NCBI GenBank assembly: GCA_964410585.1
Contig: CAYPFW010000002.1
Span: forward strand, 96,001-160,000
Reading direction: 5' to 3'
Length of the DNA: 64,000 nucleotides
Source: an uncultured archaeon
GTDB lineage: Archaea; Aenigmatarchaeota; Aenigmatarchaeia; QMZP01; JACQNV01
The notes beneath the pieces were generated by a model, which was given only the letters and a program-made list of their open reading frames with translations, was not told where the DNA came from and did no database searches. The translations under genes and the position numbers were made by a program. Positions 37,983 to 45,970 of the stretch are shown here, in pieces (position 1 is the first letter of the stretch; each line of letters begins with the position of its first letter).

Positions 37983-38474
37983 TTATTTTTTCTCTTCTGT
38001 TTTTGGCTTAGCAGCCTGTTTTGCTTCTGGTTTTGGTTGAATCTTATGTTCTTCTTTCTTTTCTTGTGTTGGTTTTGCCGAAGCCTCAGAACCATCCTCT
38101 TTTTTCTTTTTGAATTCCTCGAGTTCTTTCTTTTCTTCTGATGTAAGAGGAGCTTGTTCACCTTTCTTTCCAAGAAGCTTTTCCTTCAAAGTCTTTTTAA
38201 CTTCTTTTGGTTTCATTTTTTCATCTGGTAGAAGAACATTGACAACAGGTCCGTCCTTTATTGCTTTTACTTGTATTTTTCCAGGAACCCACTTTGAGCC
38301 ACTCTGGTGAAGGAATTGGTTTATTCCACTGGATATTTTGACATCCTCTGCTTTCATGTGCCTGTAGAAATATGCTCTTATAGCATTTGCTGCAGCTGTG
38401 TGCCTTTTTAATTTGGGCCTGTCTATCCAACTCTTCTTCAATGGAACTGTCAATAATTTCTCTTCAATAGCCAT
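37983..38474 (-). CDS. rpl31e: Ribosomal protein L31e with charged C-terminal extension
   Basis: TVPL, RHMK..DVKI and PGKIQVK motifs; context next to L39e. Confidence 0.88.
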   Translation of the reverse strand: MAIEEKLLTVPLKKSWIDRPKLKRHTAAANAIRAYFYRHMKAEDVKISSGINQFLHQSGSKWVPGKIQVKAIKDGPVVNVLLPDEKMKPKEVKKTLKEKLLGKKGEQAPLTSEEKKELEEFKKKKEDGSEASAKPTQEKKEEHKIQPKPEAKQAAKPKTEEKK

Positions 38475-38475
38475 A

Positions 38476-38646
38476 CTAAACCTTTAGTTTGCTCTTCCTC
38501 CAATGTTTTACTTCGTTGACTCTTATTCTTCTTGATCGTGCCCTTTTAAGGCTGAACTTTTTGATGTCTGCCCATCTTGGAGCTGACCTAGATTTGCCTA
38601 ATTTAATTAGTTTCTTCTTTTTTCCAGATGTCTTATTTCTTCCCAT
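38476..38646 (-). CDS. rpl39e: Ribosomal protein L39e (missing from the ORF track)
   Basis: MGRNKTSGKKKKL...APRWADIKK...KHWRKSKLKV*. Confidence 0.9.
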   Translation of the reverse strand: MGRNKTSGKKKKLIKLGKSRSAPRWADIKKFSLKRARSRRIRVNEVKHWRKSKLKV

Positions 38647-38685
38647 AACCTCTTATCCTAAAAGGTTAATCAAAACAGGAGGCTA

Positions 38686-38731
38686 AAATTTTCCTCAGTT
38701 AGCTTCGGAAAATTTTTAAACGCCTTCCACG
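38686..38731. repeat. Repeat module ACGCCTTCCAC plus hairpin AAAATTTTCC...GGAAAATTTT
   Basis: Reverse complement GTGGAAGGCGT matches 51584-51594 and 51623-51633. Confidence 0.55.
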
Positions 38732-38740
38732 ACTAACCCT

Positions 38741-39010
38741 TCAGCGAAATTTAATATTAAAGTCTTTTTTTCCAGCTTGGAGCATTTGTAAAACCTGTTT
38801 CATTTGCTCATCTGTTATTTGTGACTGGATTTTGCCTGATTGAACAAGTTGAATCAAATATAACTCAACTTGGCCTGCTAATTGAGGGTTTACGAGCTTT
38901 ACTCTGTTTATCCTCTCAAATGCTTCCTTATCTAATATGGAAGTCAAAACTTTTTTTTTCATTTCCTCCAGTTGCTTCATTTGTTCTGGAGTTATCTGAT
39001 CTTCTCCCAT
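38741..39010 (-). CDS. PDCD5-like DNA-binding protein
   Basis: IL..EA.ER.NRVKLVNP and ITDEQ.K motifs; conserved position after S19e. Confidence 0.92.
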   Translation of the reverse strand: MGEDQITPEQMKQLEEMKKKVLTSILDKEAFERINRVKLVNPQLAGQVELYLIQLVQSGKIQSQITDEQMKQVLQMLQAGKKDFNIKFR

Positions 39011-39011
39011 A

Positions 39012-39443
39012 TTAAGATGAAAGTGTTTTTGCTGTTTCGTTTAAAAGTGATATTCCTTTCTTGTTTAATTTTCTTCCAAGCACTTTTCCCTTTTCATTTT
39101 TCTGTAAATCTAAATATCCTGCTTTTTGCATCTGACCCATTATTGTCCTTATTACCTTTCCAGACCCTGGGAATTTGTGCTCTGGTTTATGTCCTCTATT
39201 TTTCCTTCCACCATAAACTTTCCTAAGCCTGTTCACACCAATTCCTGGCTCCAAATAAAGTTTTCTAAATAAGCTTGCAGCTCTCAAATACCACCAATTG
39301 CTTTGTGTAGGCGGCCTTTGCTTGCTTGTGCCTGTTTTGACATAGCTAGCCCATTCTGGTTTTTTGAATTCCTGCATTTTTTCCAGCTTTTCAGCTAAGC
39401 TGTTTATCAAATTTTGCGTGTCAACGTCTTTCACAGATACCAT
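39012..39443 (-). CDS. rps19e: Ribosomal protein S19e
   Basis: PEWA.YVKTG, WWYLRAAS and YGGRKNRG motifs. Confidence 0.97.
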   Translation of the reverse strand: MVSVKDVDTQNLINSLAEKLEKMQEFKKPEWASYVKTGTSKQRPPTQSNWWYLRAASLFRKLYLEPGIGVNRLRKVYGGRKNRGHKPEHKFPGSGKVIRTIMGQMQKAGYLDLQKNEKGKVLGRKLNKKGISLLNETAKTLSS

Positions 39444-39458
39444 ATATCTCCATTATAT

Positions 39459-39815
39459 TCAATTTGCTCTTTTTAAATGTTTTTTGGCTGCTTTTTCCCT
39501 CCTATAAGGAAATCTTATCTTTTTTCCGCATTCTTTGCACAAAACTTCAACTGCTTTCTGTTTAGTGTTTGCCCTGTGCACAGAGTTTACCCCAGGGACA
39601 AGATAGGATTTGCAGTGTTTGCAAAATTTTCTTTTGAGTTCTTTTTGAATCTTGACATTGTATCTCATGCCAATTTTTCTGGCCAATTCAACATACCTGT
39701 TTGCATATTTTTTGTTTTCCTTGAATTCTTTTTCAGCTAAATCGAAAAGGATTGCTATTCTTTCTTTTGCTATGTCTGTTTGCCATTTTGGCTTATCTCT
39801 ATTTCTGCGATCCAT
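39459..39815 (-). CDS. rnp4: RNase P protein component 4 (Rpp21)
   Basis: IAKERI, RYV.LA..I, CKHC...L.PG and CKECG...R.P motifs. Confidence 0.95.
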   Translation of the reverse strand: MDRRNRDKPKWQTDIAKERIAILFDLAEKEFKENKKYANRYVELARKIGMRYNVKIQKELKRKFCKHCKSYLVPGVNSVHRANTKQKAVEVLCKECGKKIRFPYRREKAAKKHLKRAN

Positions 39816-39833
39816 AGGTAAATAGAATTAGTT

Positions 39834-40126
39834 GCTTATGATTTGTATCCTAGTTTTCTTTGGGGTACCTTACCACTTTCTTTTTCGTGTCTCCTCTTTG
39901 CAAAGTTGACACGAGATCAGTGTCTCAGCAATGCAATGGACACTGAGACATCTCATCATCCAATATACTCTGTGAGATGCTGATTGAGTGAGCAACAGCG
40001 AACTCCTGATACAGAAACTGATCCGCAGATCAGTTTCCAGCTACGACTGTGCTCACTGCTCATGTGCTGTTGCACATGACATCTCGTCATCTCTTACACC
40101 GGCGAGATGCCGATCTAAAAGAAAGG
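39834..40126. repeat. Nested palindromic element: a ~230-bp hairpin-rich insert (39887-40115) splitting a CTTTCTTTTTC|TAAAAGAAAGG repeat
   Basis: Flanks match the tRNA-Tyr intron and 34698-34737; insert ends TCGTGTCTCC...GATGCCGATCT match 51663-51741. Confidence 0.75.
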
Positions 40127-40128
40127 GG

Positions 40129-40566
40129 TTAGACTCTTTTCAAAATAATACCGCCAGCTCCGCGTGCTGCGAAATTGTGCATAATATCTGCAATAGAATT
40201 CACAATGCCATCTGCTTCCCACGCTTTTAGTTTTATTTCTTCAGGCTCCAAGACTTCAACACTAGAAGGGCCATAGTTCATTGCAACAAAAACAAGCCTT
40301 TCATAGCCTTCAGTCAACACCTCTAATTCAACTACATATGAATAGGCTTCTGGAACATTTGGAAATGGCTTTTCCACTTTTCTTGATTCTTTCCAGTCTA
40401 TTTTAGAAAGCAAAACGCCTTTTTCATTCTCGAGTTTCTGGACGTGTTTTTGCAAAGCATCCTTGGCAGCTTCTTCGTTTATCGCCATGACCTCGATAAA
40501 CATCTGTGACCTTATCCATCCATCCTTCATTTTTTGCTTTACGATGTCTTTGATGTCTTTGCTCAT
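40129..40566 (-). CDS. Conserved hypothetical protein
   Basis: 145 aa with a Y.PSSVEVLEP motif. Confidence 0.75.
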   Translation of the reverse strand: MSKDIKDIVKQKMKDGWIRSQMFIEVMAINEEAAKDALQKHVQKLENEKGVLLSKIDWKESRKVEKPFPNVPEAYSYVVELEVLTEGYERLVFVAMNYGPSSVEVLEPEEIKLKAWEADGIVNSIADIMHNFAARGAGGIILKRV

Positions 40567-40596
40567 ATGCCAAGTATTAATTTCAAATTATATAAA

Positions 40597-40671
40597 TGGG
40601 GTTACCCGGATTTGAACCGGGGTCGGACGCTCCCAAGGCGCCAATCCTAAGCCAAGCTAGACGATAACCCC
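40597..40671 (-). tRNA. tRNA-Pro(TGG), intronless
   Basis: GGGGTTA/TAACCCC acceptor stem, GGCGC-CTTGGGA-GCGTC anticodon arm, GGTTCAAATCC. Confidence 0.95.
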
Positions 40672-40714
40672 ATATATCTAAAGGATTTATTCTTATTGTT
40701 TTAAATAGTAATAT

Positions 40715-40855
40715 ATGAATATGGATCAGATGATTTCTACCTTAGAAACCGCTCTTATAGAATGTGGATACTGTGGAGCAAAAAATTTTAAAAGTACATG
40801 CGCAGAAATGTCTTACAAAACTTGTTCTAGGTGTTTGGGATCTTTGAAAATTTAA
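40715..40855 (+). CDS. Putative Zn-ribbon microprotein (46 aa)
   Basis: IECGYCGA...KTCSRCLGSL, two CxxC motifs. Confidence 0.55.
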   Translation: MNMDQMISTLETALIECGYCGAKNFKSTCAEMSYKTCSRCLGSLKI

Positions 40856-40870
40856 GCTTTTTTATTAAAA

Positions 40871-41968
40871 ATGTGTATGTACCTTGAATATGTAAGAACT
40901 TACCTTTCAGCAGATGAAAGGTTGACAGAAAAACAAAGAGACAGGCTAGCTCAAAGAATCATTAGATGGGCAGAAGATAATGATGTAAGAGACATAAGTA
41001 GATTGCATGACAAGCTTGTTGATTGGATCGATCAGCCTTCGATTCAAGAGGAGAAATTTGAAAATGTTGAACATCCATTGGATAATGATGGCGATGTCAA
41101 CCTTTTAGAAGACCCAAAATCACAAACACCTGTTGATTTGTTTGTTATAGGAGAACGAGAGATACTAACTGGAGACCAACTGAGGGGAATGATACTTGAG
41201 GAAAGTCCAGAATTGTCTGGTATTGCCTCTGTCATATTGCCTGAGAGCAGAGTTGTTGGCGACAATGTAGATTTAGATGGAATTGAAAACAGACTTAGAG
41301 GTATTGTTCCAAGAATCAAATGTGGTAAACTTCTTATCCCACAAAAACAAGTTCTGTGTATACGTTTTGATGAAAGTGGAAATTTGCAGATAGCCTACAA
41401 AAGAGGCTATCAGGATGACAGAGTCAATGAGGCTCTGAGGCTTTATTCTGAATTATTGACAGTCCAGGAAATAGGCCCTAGAATAGGTGTGAGCCCATCA
41501 ACAGTTTGCACTTGGCTGTACAAGGATATGGGCCTGATGCCGGCACGCGACCTAAAAGTTGCAAGACAAATACAAACAGCAGTGAAACTTTTTGATGAAG
41601 GCAAGGAAGTACAGGAAATTATGGATATAATGAAATCGACACAGACAACTGTCTGGAGATGGTTGAATAGAGCTGGTGTTGAGTTCAACTCAAGGGGACC
41701 AGAACCTTGGGTATATGAGACTAAAGTCAGACTCAGTTTGTCGGATTTAGATGAAATATATTCCCAAATAAATCCAACTTTTAGACAAAGAAACAACTAC
41801 AGGGAAATTTTCAAATACATAAAAAATTTTGAGAAAGAAAACAAAAGAGGTCCAAGCAGAGATGAAATTTCAGATGCTCTTGGTGTTGATCCTTGGAAGA
41901 CGCTTCAAGTTTTTGTTGAATATGGGATCTTAGAAAAAAGAAGGCTCCCAAGACGATTTTATGTCTAA
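40871..41968 (+). CDS. Multi-HTH DNA-binding protein
   Basis: HTH-like TVQEIGPRIGVSPSTVCTWL, VQEIMDIMKSTQTTVWRWL and PSRDEISDALGV. Confidence 0.75.
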   Translation: MCMYLEYVRTYLSADERLTEKQRDRLAQRIIRWAEDNDVRDISRLHDKLVDWIDQPSIQEEKFENVEHPLDNDGDVNLLEDPKSQTPVDLFVIGEREILTGDQLRGMILEESPELSGIASVILPESRVVGDNVDLDGIENRLRGIVPRIKCGKLLIPQKQVLCIRFDESGNLQIAYKRGYQDDRVNEALRLYSELLTVQEIGPRIGVSPSTVCTWLYKDMGLMPARDLKVARQIQTAVKLFDEGKEVQEIMDIMKSTQTTVWRWLNRAGVEFNSRGPEPWVYETKVRLSLSDLDEIYSQINPTFRQRNNYREIFKYIKNFEKENKRGPSRDEISDALGVDPWKTLQVFVEYGILEKRRLPRRFYV

Positions 41969-41969
41969 A

Positions 41970-42056
41970 AGCCCCAAGGGAGAATTGAACTCCCAACCTA
42001 CAGTTTACGAAAATCGACATACAAATTCTGTCGCTCTACCATTGAGCTACTGAGGC
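41970..42056 (-). tRNA. tRNA-Thr(CGT) with a 15-nt intron at 30/31 (42027-42013)
   Basis: Cloverleaf after splicing, with ACAGT-TTCGTAA-ACTGT anticodon arm; BHB helix CGAC/GTCG. Confidence 0.9.
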
Positions 42057-42110
42057 ACATATAATTATCAGATAATCGCATTTTATAAATACCGAAAACT
42101 AATTTTGTTT

Positions 42111-42617
42111 ATGTCAGCTGAGTGTCTTTTTTGCAAAATAGTGAAAGGGGAAGTACCATCTTTCAAGGTTTATGAGGATTCCAAAACATTGGCTTTTTTT
42201 GATATAAATCCAAGAAACCCAGGACATACTTTGGTCATACCAAAGTCGCATCATGAAGTGCTTTTGACTGTGGGGGAAGAAGAAGGTTCTGCGCTTTTTT
42301 CTGCAGTGAAAAAGGTTTCGATTGCCTTGAAAAACAGCTTGAAGGCAGATGGTTTGTCTATTCTACAAAACAATGGTGAGGCAGCTGGCCAAGTTGTAGG
42401 TCATGTTCACTTTCATGTCATCCCTCGCTTCAATTCAGAAAGGCCAGTTGCATTGGAGGCTCTTTTGCCTGTCAAGAAACCAGCATCACAGGAAGCAATG
42501 CAGCAGCTAGTTAGCACAGTAAAAGCAGGCTTTGGTGGACCTGTTGAAAAGCCAAAAGAAGAAAAACCAGCTGAAAAAAAACCAGAAAAAAAGAAAGATA
42601 TGTTTGATTTTAAATGA
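42111..42617 (+). CDS. HIT-family protein
   Basis: CLFCKI, PGHTLVIPK and HVHFHVIPR motifs. Confidence 0.95.
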   Translation: MSAECLFCKIVKGEVPSFKVYEDSKTLAFFDINPRNPGHTLVIPKSHHEVLLTVGEEEGSALFSAVKKVSIALKNSLKADGLSILQNNGEAAGQVVGHVHFHVIPRFNSERPVALEALLPVKKPASQEAMQQLVSTVKAGFGGPVEKPKEEKPAEKKPEKKKDMFDFK

Positions 42618-42619
42618 GA

Positions 42620-42750
42620 TGCGCTAGCCGAGATTCGAACTCGGGTCACAGCCTTGGCAAGGTTATACACTTCTTGAATTTTTCTTAAAGTTCTGTATTC
42701 TACCAAGGTACAAACCTTTTTACAGAAAAGGCTTACTATACTACTAGCGC
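42620..42750 (-). tRNA. tRNA-Gly(GCC) with two 30-nt introns (15/16: 42735-42706; 29/30: 42692-42663)
   Basis: Spliced GCGCTAGTAGTATAGTGGTAGAATACAGCCTTGCCAAGGCTGTGACCCGAGTTCGAATCTCGGCTAGCGCA; BHB helices GTAT/GTAC and ATAC/GTAT. Confidence 0.9.
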
Positions 42751-42817
42751 TTTAATTCAAAGTATTATTATTCAGACTATTTAAAAACCTACACTAGAAA
42801 ACTCAATAATCTACTGA

Positions 42818-43123
42818 TTAAGAAAGCAACATCCACTCCAAATACTCTTTTGTCCTGCGGCATTTGTCTTCCTGTGCCCTGCATTCATCTCTTATTTGAA
42901 TAAGCCTTCCCAGTCTTTGATTTTCTTCATTGAATAAAATAGAAAATTCTCTCTGACCTTCTAATATCCTATTTTGGTATTCCTGTAAATGCCTAAAAGA
43001 TTCCTGCGCCATATCATCTACCATTGCTGCTTTTGAGGCCCAAGAAGCTCCTTGTTTTCCGTAAAGTTTTATTCCATCCTCTACAGAAGTTTGTCTACTT
43101 TGATAAACATCAAGAACTGTCAT
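42818..43123 (-). CDS. Hypothetical helical protein
   Basis: 101 aa ORF starting 1 nt after the FTR1 stop. Confidence 0.55.
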   Translation of the reverse strand: MTVLDVYQSRQTSVEDGIKLYGKQGASWASKAAMVDDMAQESFRHLQEYQNRILEGQREFSILFNEENQRLGRLIQIRDECRAQEDKCRRTKEYLEWMLLS

Positions 43124-43124
43124 T

Positions 43125-43994
43125 TTATTCTCCTTTAATTTTTGTCCTTACAATTTCCCTAAAAGAAATCTGTTTGTATATTCTTACAAAAAATCCACCA
43201 ACAATAATCCAATATAGAAGATATCCAGCAACTCTCAGATTTTCAGGATCTCCATCATATCCAACAAGCGCCTTTGCAATTGATCCCAATGTGCCTTTTT
43301 CATGCAATATGTCTGTCTTTTCCAATGGATTTATATTGTATGCTTTTTCTCCCCAAAAACCAAAATCGTATCCTAAGCCTTCGCCAGCCTCTATCAATTC
43401 ATGTATTCCGTAACCAAACAACCCAGCTGCAAAAACTATCAGAAGAACTCCAGTGTATTTGAAAAATTCTTTCAAAGGAAGTCTTACTGTTCCCTTTAGC
43501 AAAACAAAGGCAAGCAGGAAAACAACAACAGCTCCAAGTGCTGTTCCCCAAATTGTGCCAGATGCATCTGCTGTGTATGTTGCAGTTAGGAAAAGAACAG
43601 TTTCAATACCTTCCCTAAATATGACAATGAAAGACAAAATAGCTACACCAAGCAAATATTTTGCTGACACAAAATTATCTATCTTTTTCTGCAGGTTTTC
43701 CCTTATATTTTTTGCATTTTTGGCCATCCAAAATATCATTGTTGTTAAAACAATTGTTGCAAACAAGCTTGCCACACCCTCAAACAATTGGGCTGAAACA
43801 CCTTCCAAGGTTCCGTATGTAACAATCAATCCATAACCTATAGCTAAGCTCAAGAAGATCGCAACAGTAGAACCAATCCACACATACTTTTTCACTTCCG
43901 GCCTTCCAATTTTTATGAGATATGCAACAATAATTGCTATGATTAGAGCAGCTTCCAAACCTTCTCTAAACATTATAAGGAAAGGTGCTAACAT
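43125..43994 (-). CDS. FTR1/EfeU-family iron permease
   Basis: Two REGxE motifs (REGLE, REGIE). Confidence 0.95.
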   Translation of the reverse strand: MLAPFLIMFREGLEAALIIAIIVAYLIKIGRPEVKKYVWIGSTVAIFLSLAIGYGLIVTYGTLEGVSAQLFEGVASLFATIVLTTMIFWMAKNAKNIRENLQKKIDNFVSAKYLLGVAILSFIVIFREGIETVLFLTATYTADASGTIWGTALGAVVVFLLAFVLLKGTVRLPLKEFFKYTGVLLIVFAAGLFGYGIHELIEAGEGLGYDFGFWGEKAYNINPLEKTDILHEKGTLGSIAKALVGYDGDPENLRVAGYLLYWIIVGGFFVRIYKQISFREIVRTKIKGE

Positions 43995-44764
43995 TATGAT
44001 CTCCTCGATAGCTGATGACTAATTTCATGCTTTTGAAGTCTGTCAAACTCTTTTCTAGAAAGAGATTGCCTAGCCTTTGGAATAAGAACATTTTCTTCTT
44101 TGTCTATGTGTGGCTGTATAACGCGTATTATTTCATTTGAAATTTTCTTTAAGTGATCAGGACTTTTTTCATATGAGTCTACTGCAAGTTTTAGTTCTAA
44201 GAATTTTTTCCTCATAAAATTGTGTTCAGAGATAAGCTCTTCAACAATTTTCTTTTCTTTGGTAGCCATAGCCTTAAACAGTGTTTGTTCCTCTTCTTTG
44301 AAATGCTGTGTAAGGGTTTTGTTAAAAAAATCAGAAGCCTCAATAAGCTGTTTTTTAGACTTAAGTTTTGCTGAACTGTATTTGTTTAGAACCTTTATTT
44401 TTTCAATTATAACTTCTGTTTCGTGTTCAATTGCATTAACTGAAGGCATTGCTGACCACTCATTAATTTTATGTTGGCATGCAAAGCCGCAGAACTTTGA
44501 TACATGGGACCTCATTATATCGAGTAGTGGTCTCATTGTTTCCTTGTTTACGCTATACATCCTGCTCTTTCCGTCTATCGAGAAATCAACGAATCCGTGA
44601 TCTTTCAGAAGTTTTAGGTGATGTGAAACTAGGCTCTGTTCAAGATTAAGTTTTCTAGAAATTTCATTAACAGTTAAATCTTTGTCTAAAATTAGATTCA
44701 GGATAGAAAGTCTATTCCTATCTGCAAGCACTGCAAAAAACTCTTCGCATATGTTTGAGTTCAT
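43994..44764 (-). CDS. ArsR/SmtB regulator fused to a hemerythrin-like (HHE) domain
   Basis: N-terminal LEQSLVSHHLKLL; C-terminal H...EE (HFKEEE), SEH and HIDKEE. Confidence 0.85.
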   Translation of the reverse strand: MNSNICEEFFAVLADRNRLSILNLILDKDLTVNEISRKLNLEQSLVSHHLKLLKDHGFVDFSIDGKSRMYSVNKETMRPLLDIMRSHVSKFCGFACQHKINEWSAMPSVNAIEHETEVIIEKIKVLNKYSSAKLKSKKQLIEASDFFNKTLTQHFKEEEQTLFKAMATKEKKIVEELISEHNFMRKKFLELKLAVDSYEKSPDHLKKISNEIIRVIQPHIDKEENVLIPKARQSLSRKEFDRLQKHEISHQLSRRS

Positions 44765-44785
44765 ATGAACCAATATTCATATGAA
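44760..44785. promoter_or_regulatory. ArsR/SmtB-type operator
   Basis: TTCATATGAA-CCAATA-TTCATATGAA inverted repeat over the start codon, downstream of a TATA box at ~44790. Confidence 0.75.
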
Positions 44786-44829
44786 GGATATATAAAGTTA
44801 TCTGTCTTCTAAAAAGAAATGGGAAAGGA

Positions 44830-44976
44830 TCAGTTGTTCCTTTCCAGTTCCTTGATCCTTTCGGCAACTCCTTGTGCCTCTTTTTCGAGGTTTTCTTTGT
44901 ATTCTTTTAAGATTTCTATCTTTTCATCCTTTGTAAGGAATCCCCTAGACCCGCAAAAACTTGTGTCACAATACAT
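44830..44976 (-). CDS. 48-aa coiled-coil microprotein (DUF5320-like)
   Basis: GGAGG SD; MYCDTSFCGSRGFLTKDEKIEILKEYKENLEKEAQGVAERIKELERNN*. Confidence 0.75.
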   Translation of the reverse strand: MYCDTSFCGSRGFLTKDEKIEILKEYKENLEKEAQGVAERIKELERNN

Positions 44977-44993
44977 ACGTCCTCCTTCCGAAA

Positions 44994-45083
44994 ACATCGG
45001 ATATACGATATTATTAGGCGAAGGTACTTATAAACATATCGTATATACGATATTCGACAATTTAAATATCGCCTACCCAATAT
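44994..45083. promoter_or_regulatory. Three ATATCG-N6-CGATAT boxes (probable PadR operators)
   Basis: 44994-45011, perfect palindrome 45036-45053, and 45066-45083. Confidence 0.7.
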
Positions 45084-45087
45084 ATGT

Positions 45088-45381
45088 ATGAAAAAAGAAG
45101 AAGCATGTGATATGAGAGGATTTTTATCATTTTTGATTCTGCTTCTACTATCAAAAAAATCAATGAGCGGGAAGGAAATAACAAAGGAGATAGAGAAAAG
45201 AAAGGGTTGTAAACCCAGTCCAGGAACAATTTATCCCGCACTAAAATCTCTAAAATCTTGCGGTTTTTTAAAAGAGAGGAAAAGCGGAAAGGAAATTAGT
45301 TACACTTTAACAGATGATGGTAGAAGAGCTCTAAAAATAGCAAAGGAGCAGTTCTGTAAAACCTTCATGGAATTTTTCTAA
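45088..45381 (+). CDS. PadR-family regulator
   Basis: PSPGTIYPAL and YTLT..G motifs. Confidence 0.92.
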   Translation: MKKEEACDMRGFLSFLILLLLSKKSMSGKEITKEIEKRKGCKPSPGTIYPALKSLKSCGFLKERKSGKEISYTLTDDGRRALKIAKEQFCKTFMEFF

Positions 45382-45383
45382 TT

Positions 45384-45863
45384 CTACATGTTCAGAATCC
45401 ACATAAAGTAATTAAGAATAATTGCAAAGCTAACCCATGCTATGTATGGTATAAGGAGGTAAGCTGAATTTTTACTTATTTTCCAAAATTGTCTTATTGT
45501 TAAGAAAATGAAACCCCACAAAACGAATATCTCTATAAAAGAAATGAATGGGTTCCTCAAACCAAAGAACAGGAAAGACCATGTTATATTTAGCAGAAGT
45601 TGGACAGAAAAAAGGGATATTCCGGTTTTAACCTTTGGACTCTTGTAACCATCTTTAATAGTCAAATAGAGAGAAATTCCCATTAGAAGAAAAAGTGAGG
45701 TCCATACCAAAGGGAAGACTGCGTTTGGTGGAATAAATGATGGCTTGGAAAGAGTAAGATACCACTCCCTCAATCCAGTGTATGTGAAAACAGCTCCCAC
45801 AACACCTGCTAACTGACAGATAATAAGCGAAAGTATTAATTTGATGATGTTCTCAAGCTTCAT
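45384..45863 (-). CDS. tspO: TspO/MBR tryptophan-rich sensory protein
   Basis: WY..L.KP...PP..VF..VW, QL.LN..WS.LFFG and PY.AW..FA..LN motifs. Confidence 0.95.
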   Translation of the reverse strand: MKLENIIKLILSLIICQLAGVVGAVFTYTGLREWYLTLSKPSFIPPNAVFPLVWTSLFLLMGISLYLTIKDGYKSPKVKTGISLFSVQLLLNITWSFLFFGLRNPFISFIEIFVLWGFIFLTIRQFWKISKNSAYLLIPYIAWVSFAIILNYFMWILNM

Positions 45864-45970
45864 ACAATATTTATTTTGATCTGTTATAAATCACTGCTAT
45901 TAATTAGGATAGCGGAAAATTGGAAAGCTGCTCTAGTTAATTGTATAAATACGCAATACAATACCCTTTC

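Noticed and set aside
39816-40128. SRP RNA or RNase P RNA next to rnp4
   Set aside because: No helix-8 or P4 consensus was seen; it is better explained as a nested repeat.
39988-40230. 80-aa Cys-rich + strand ORF
   Set aside because: It reads through the repeat element and is antisense to a real gene.
40672-41969. Integrated provirus or IS between tRNA-Pro and tRNA-Thr
   Set aside because: No integrase or DDE domain, att duplication or terminal inverted repeats are visible.
44819-45091. 90-aa + strand ORF
   Set aside because: It is a shadow of the minus-strand 48-aa gene and the operator region.
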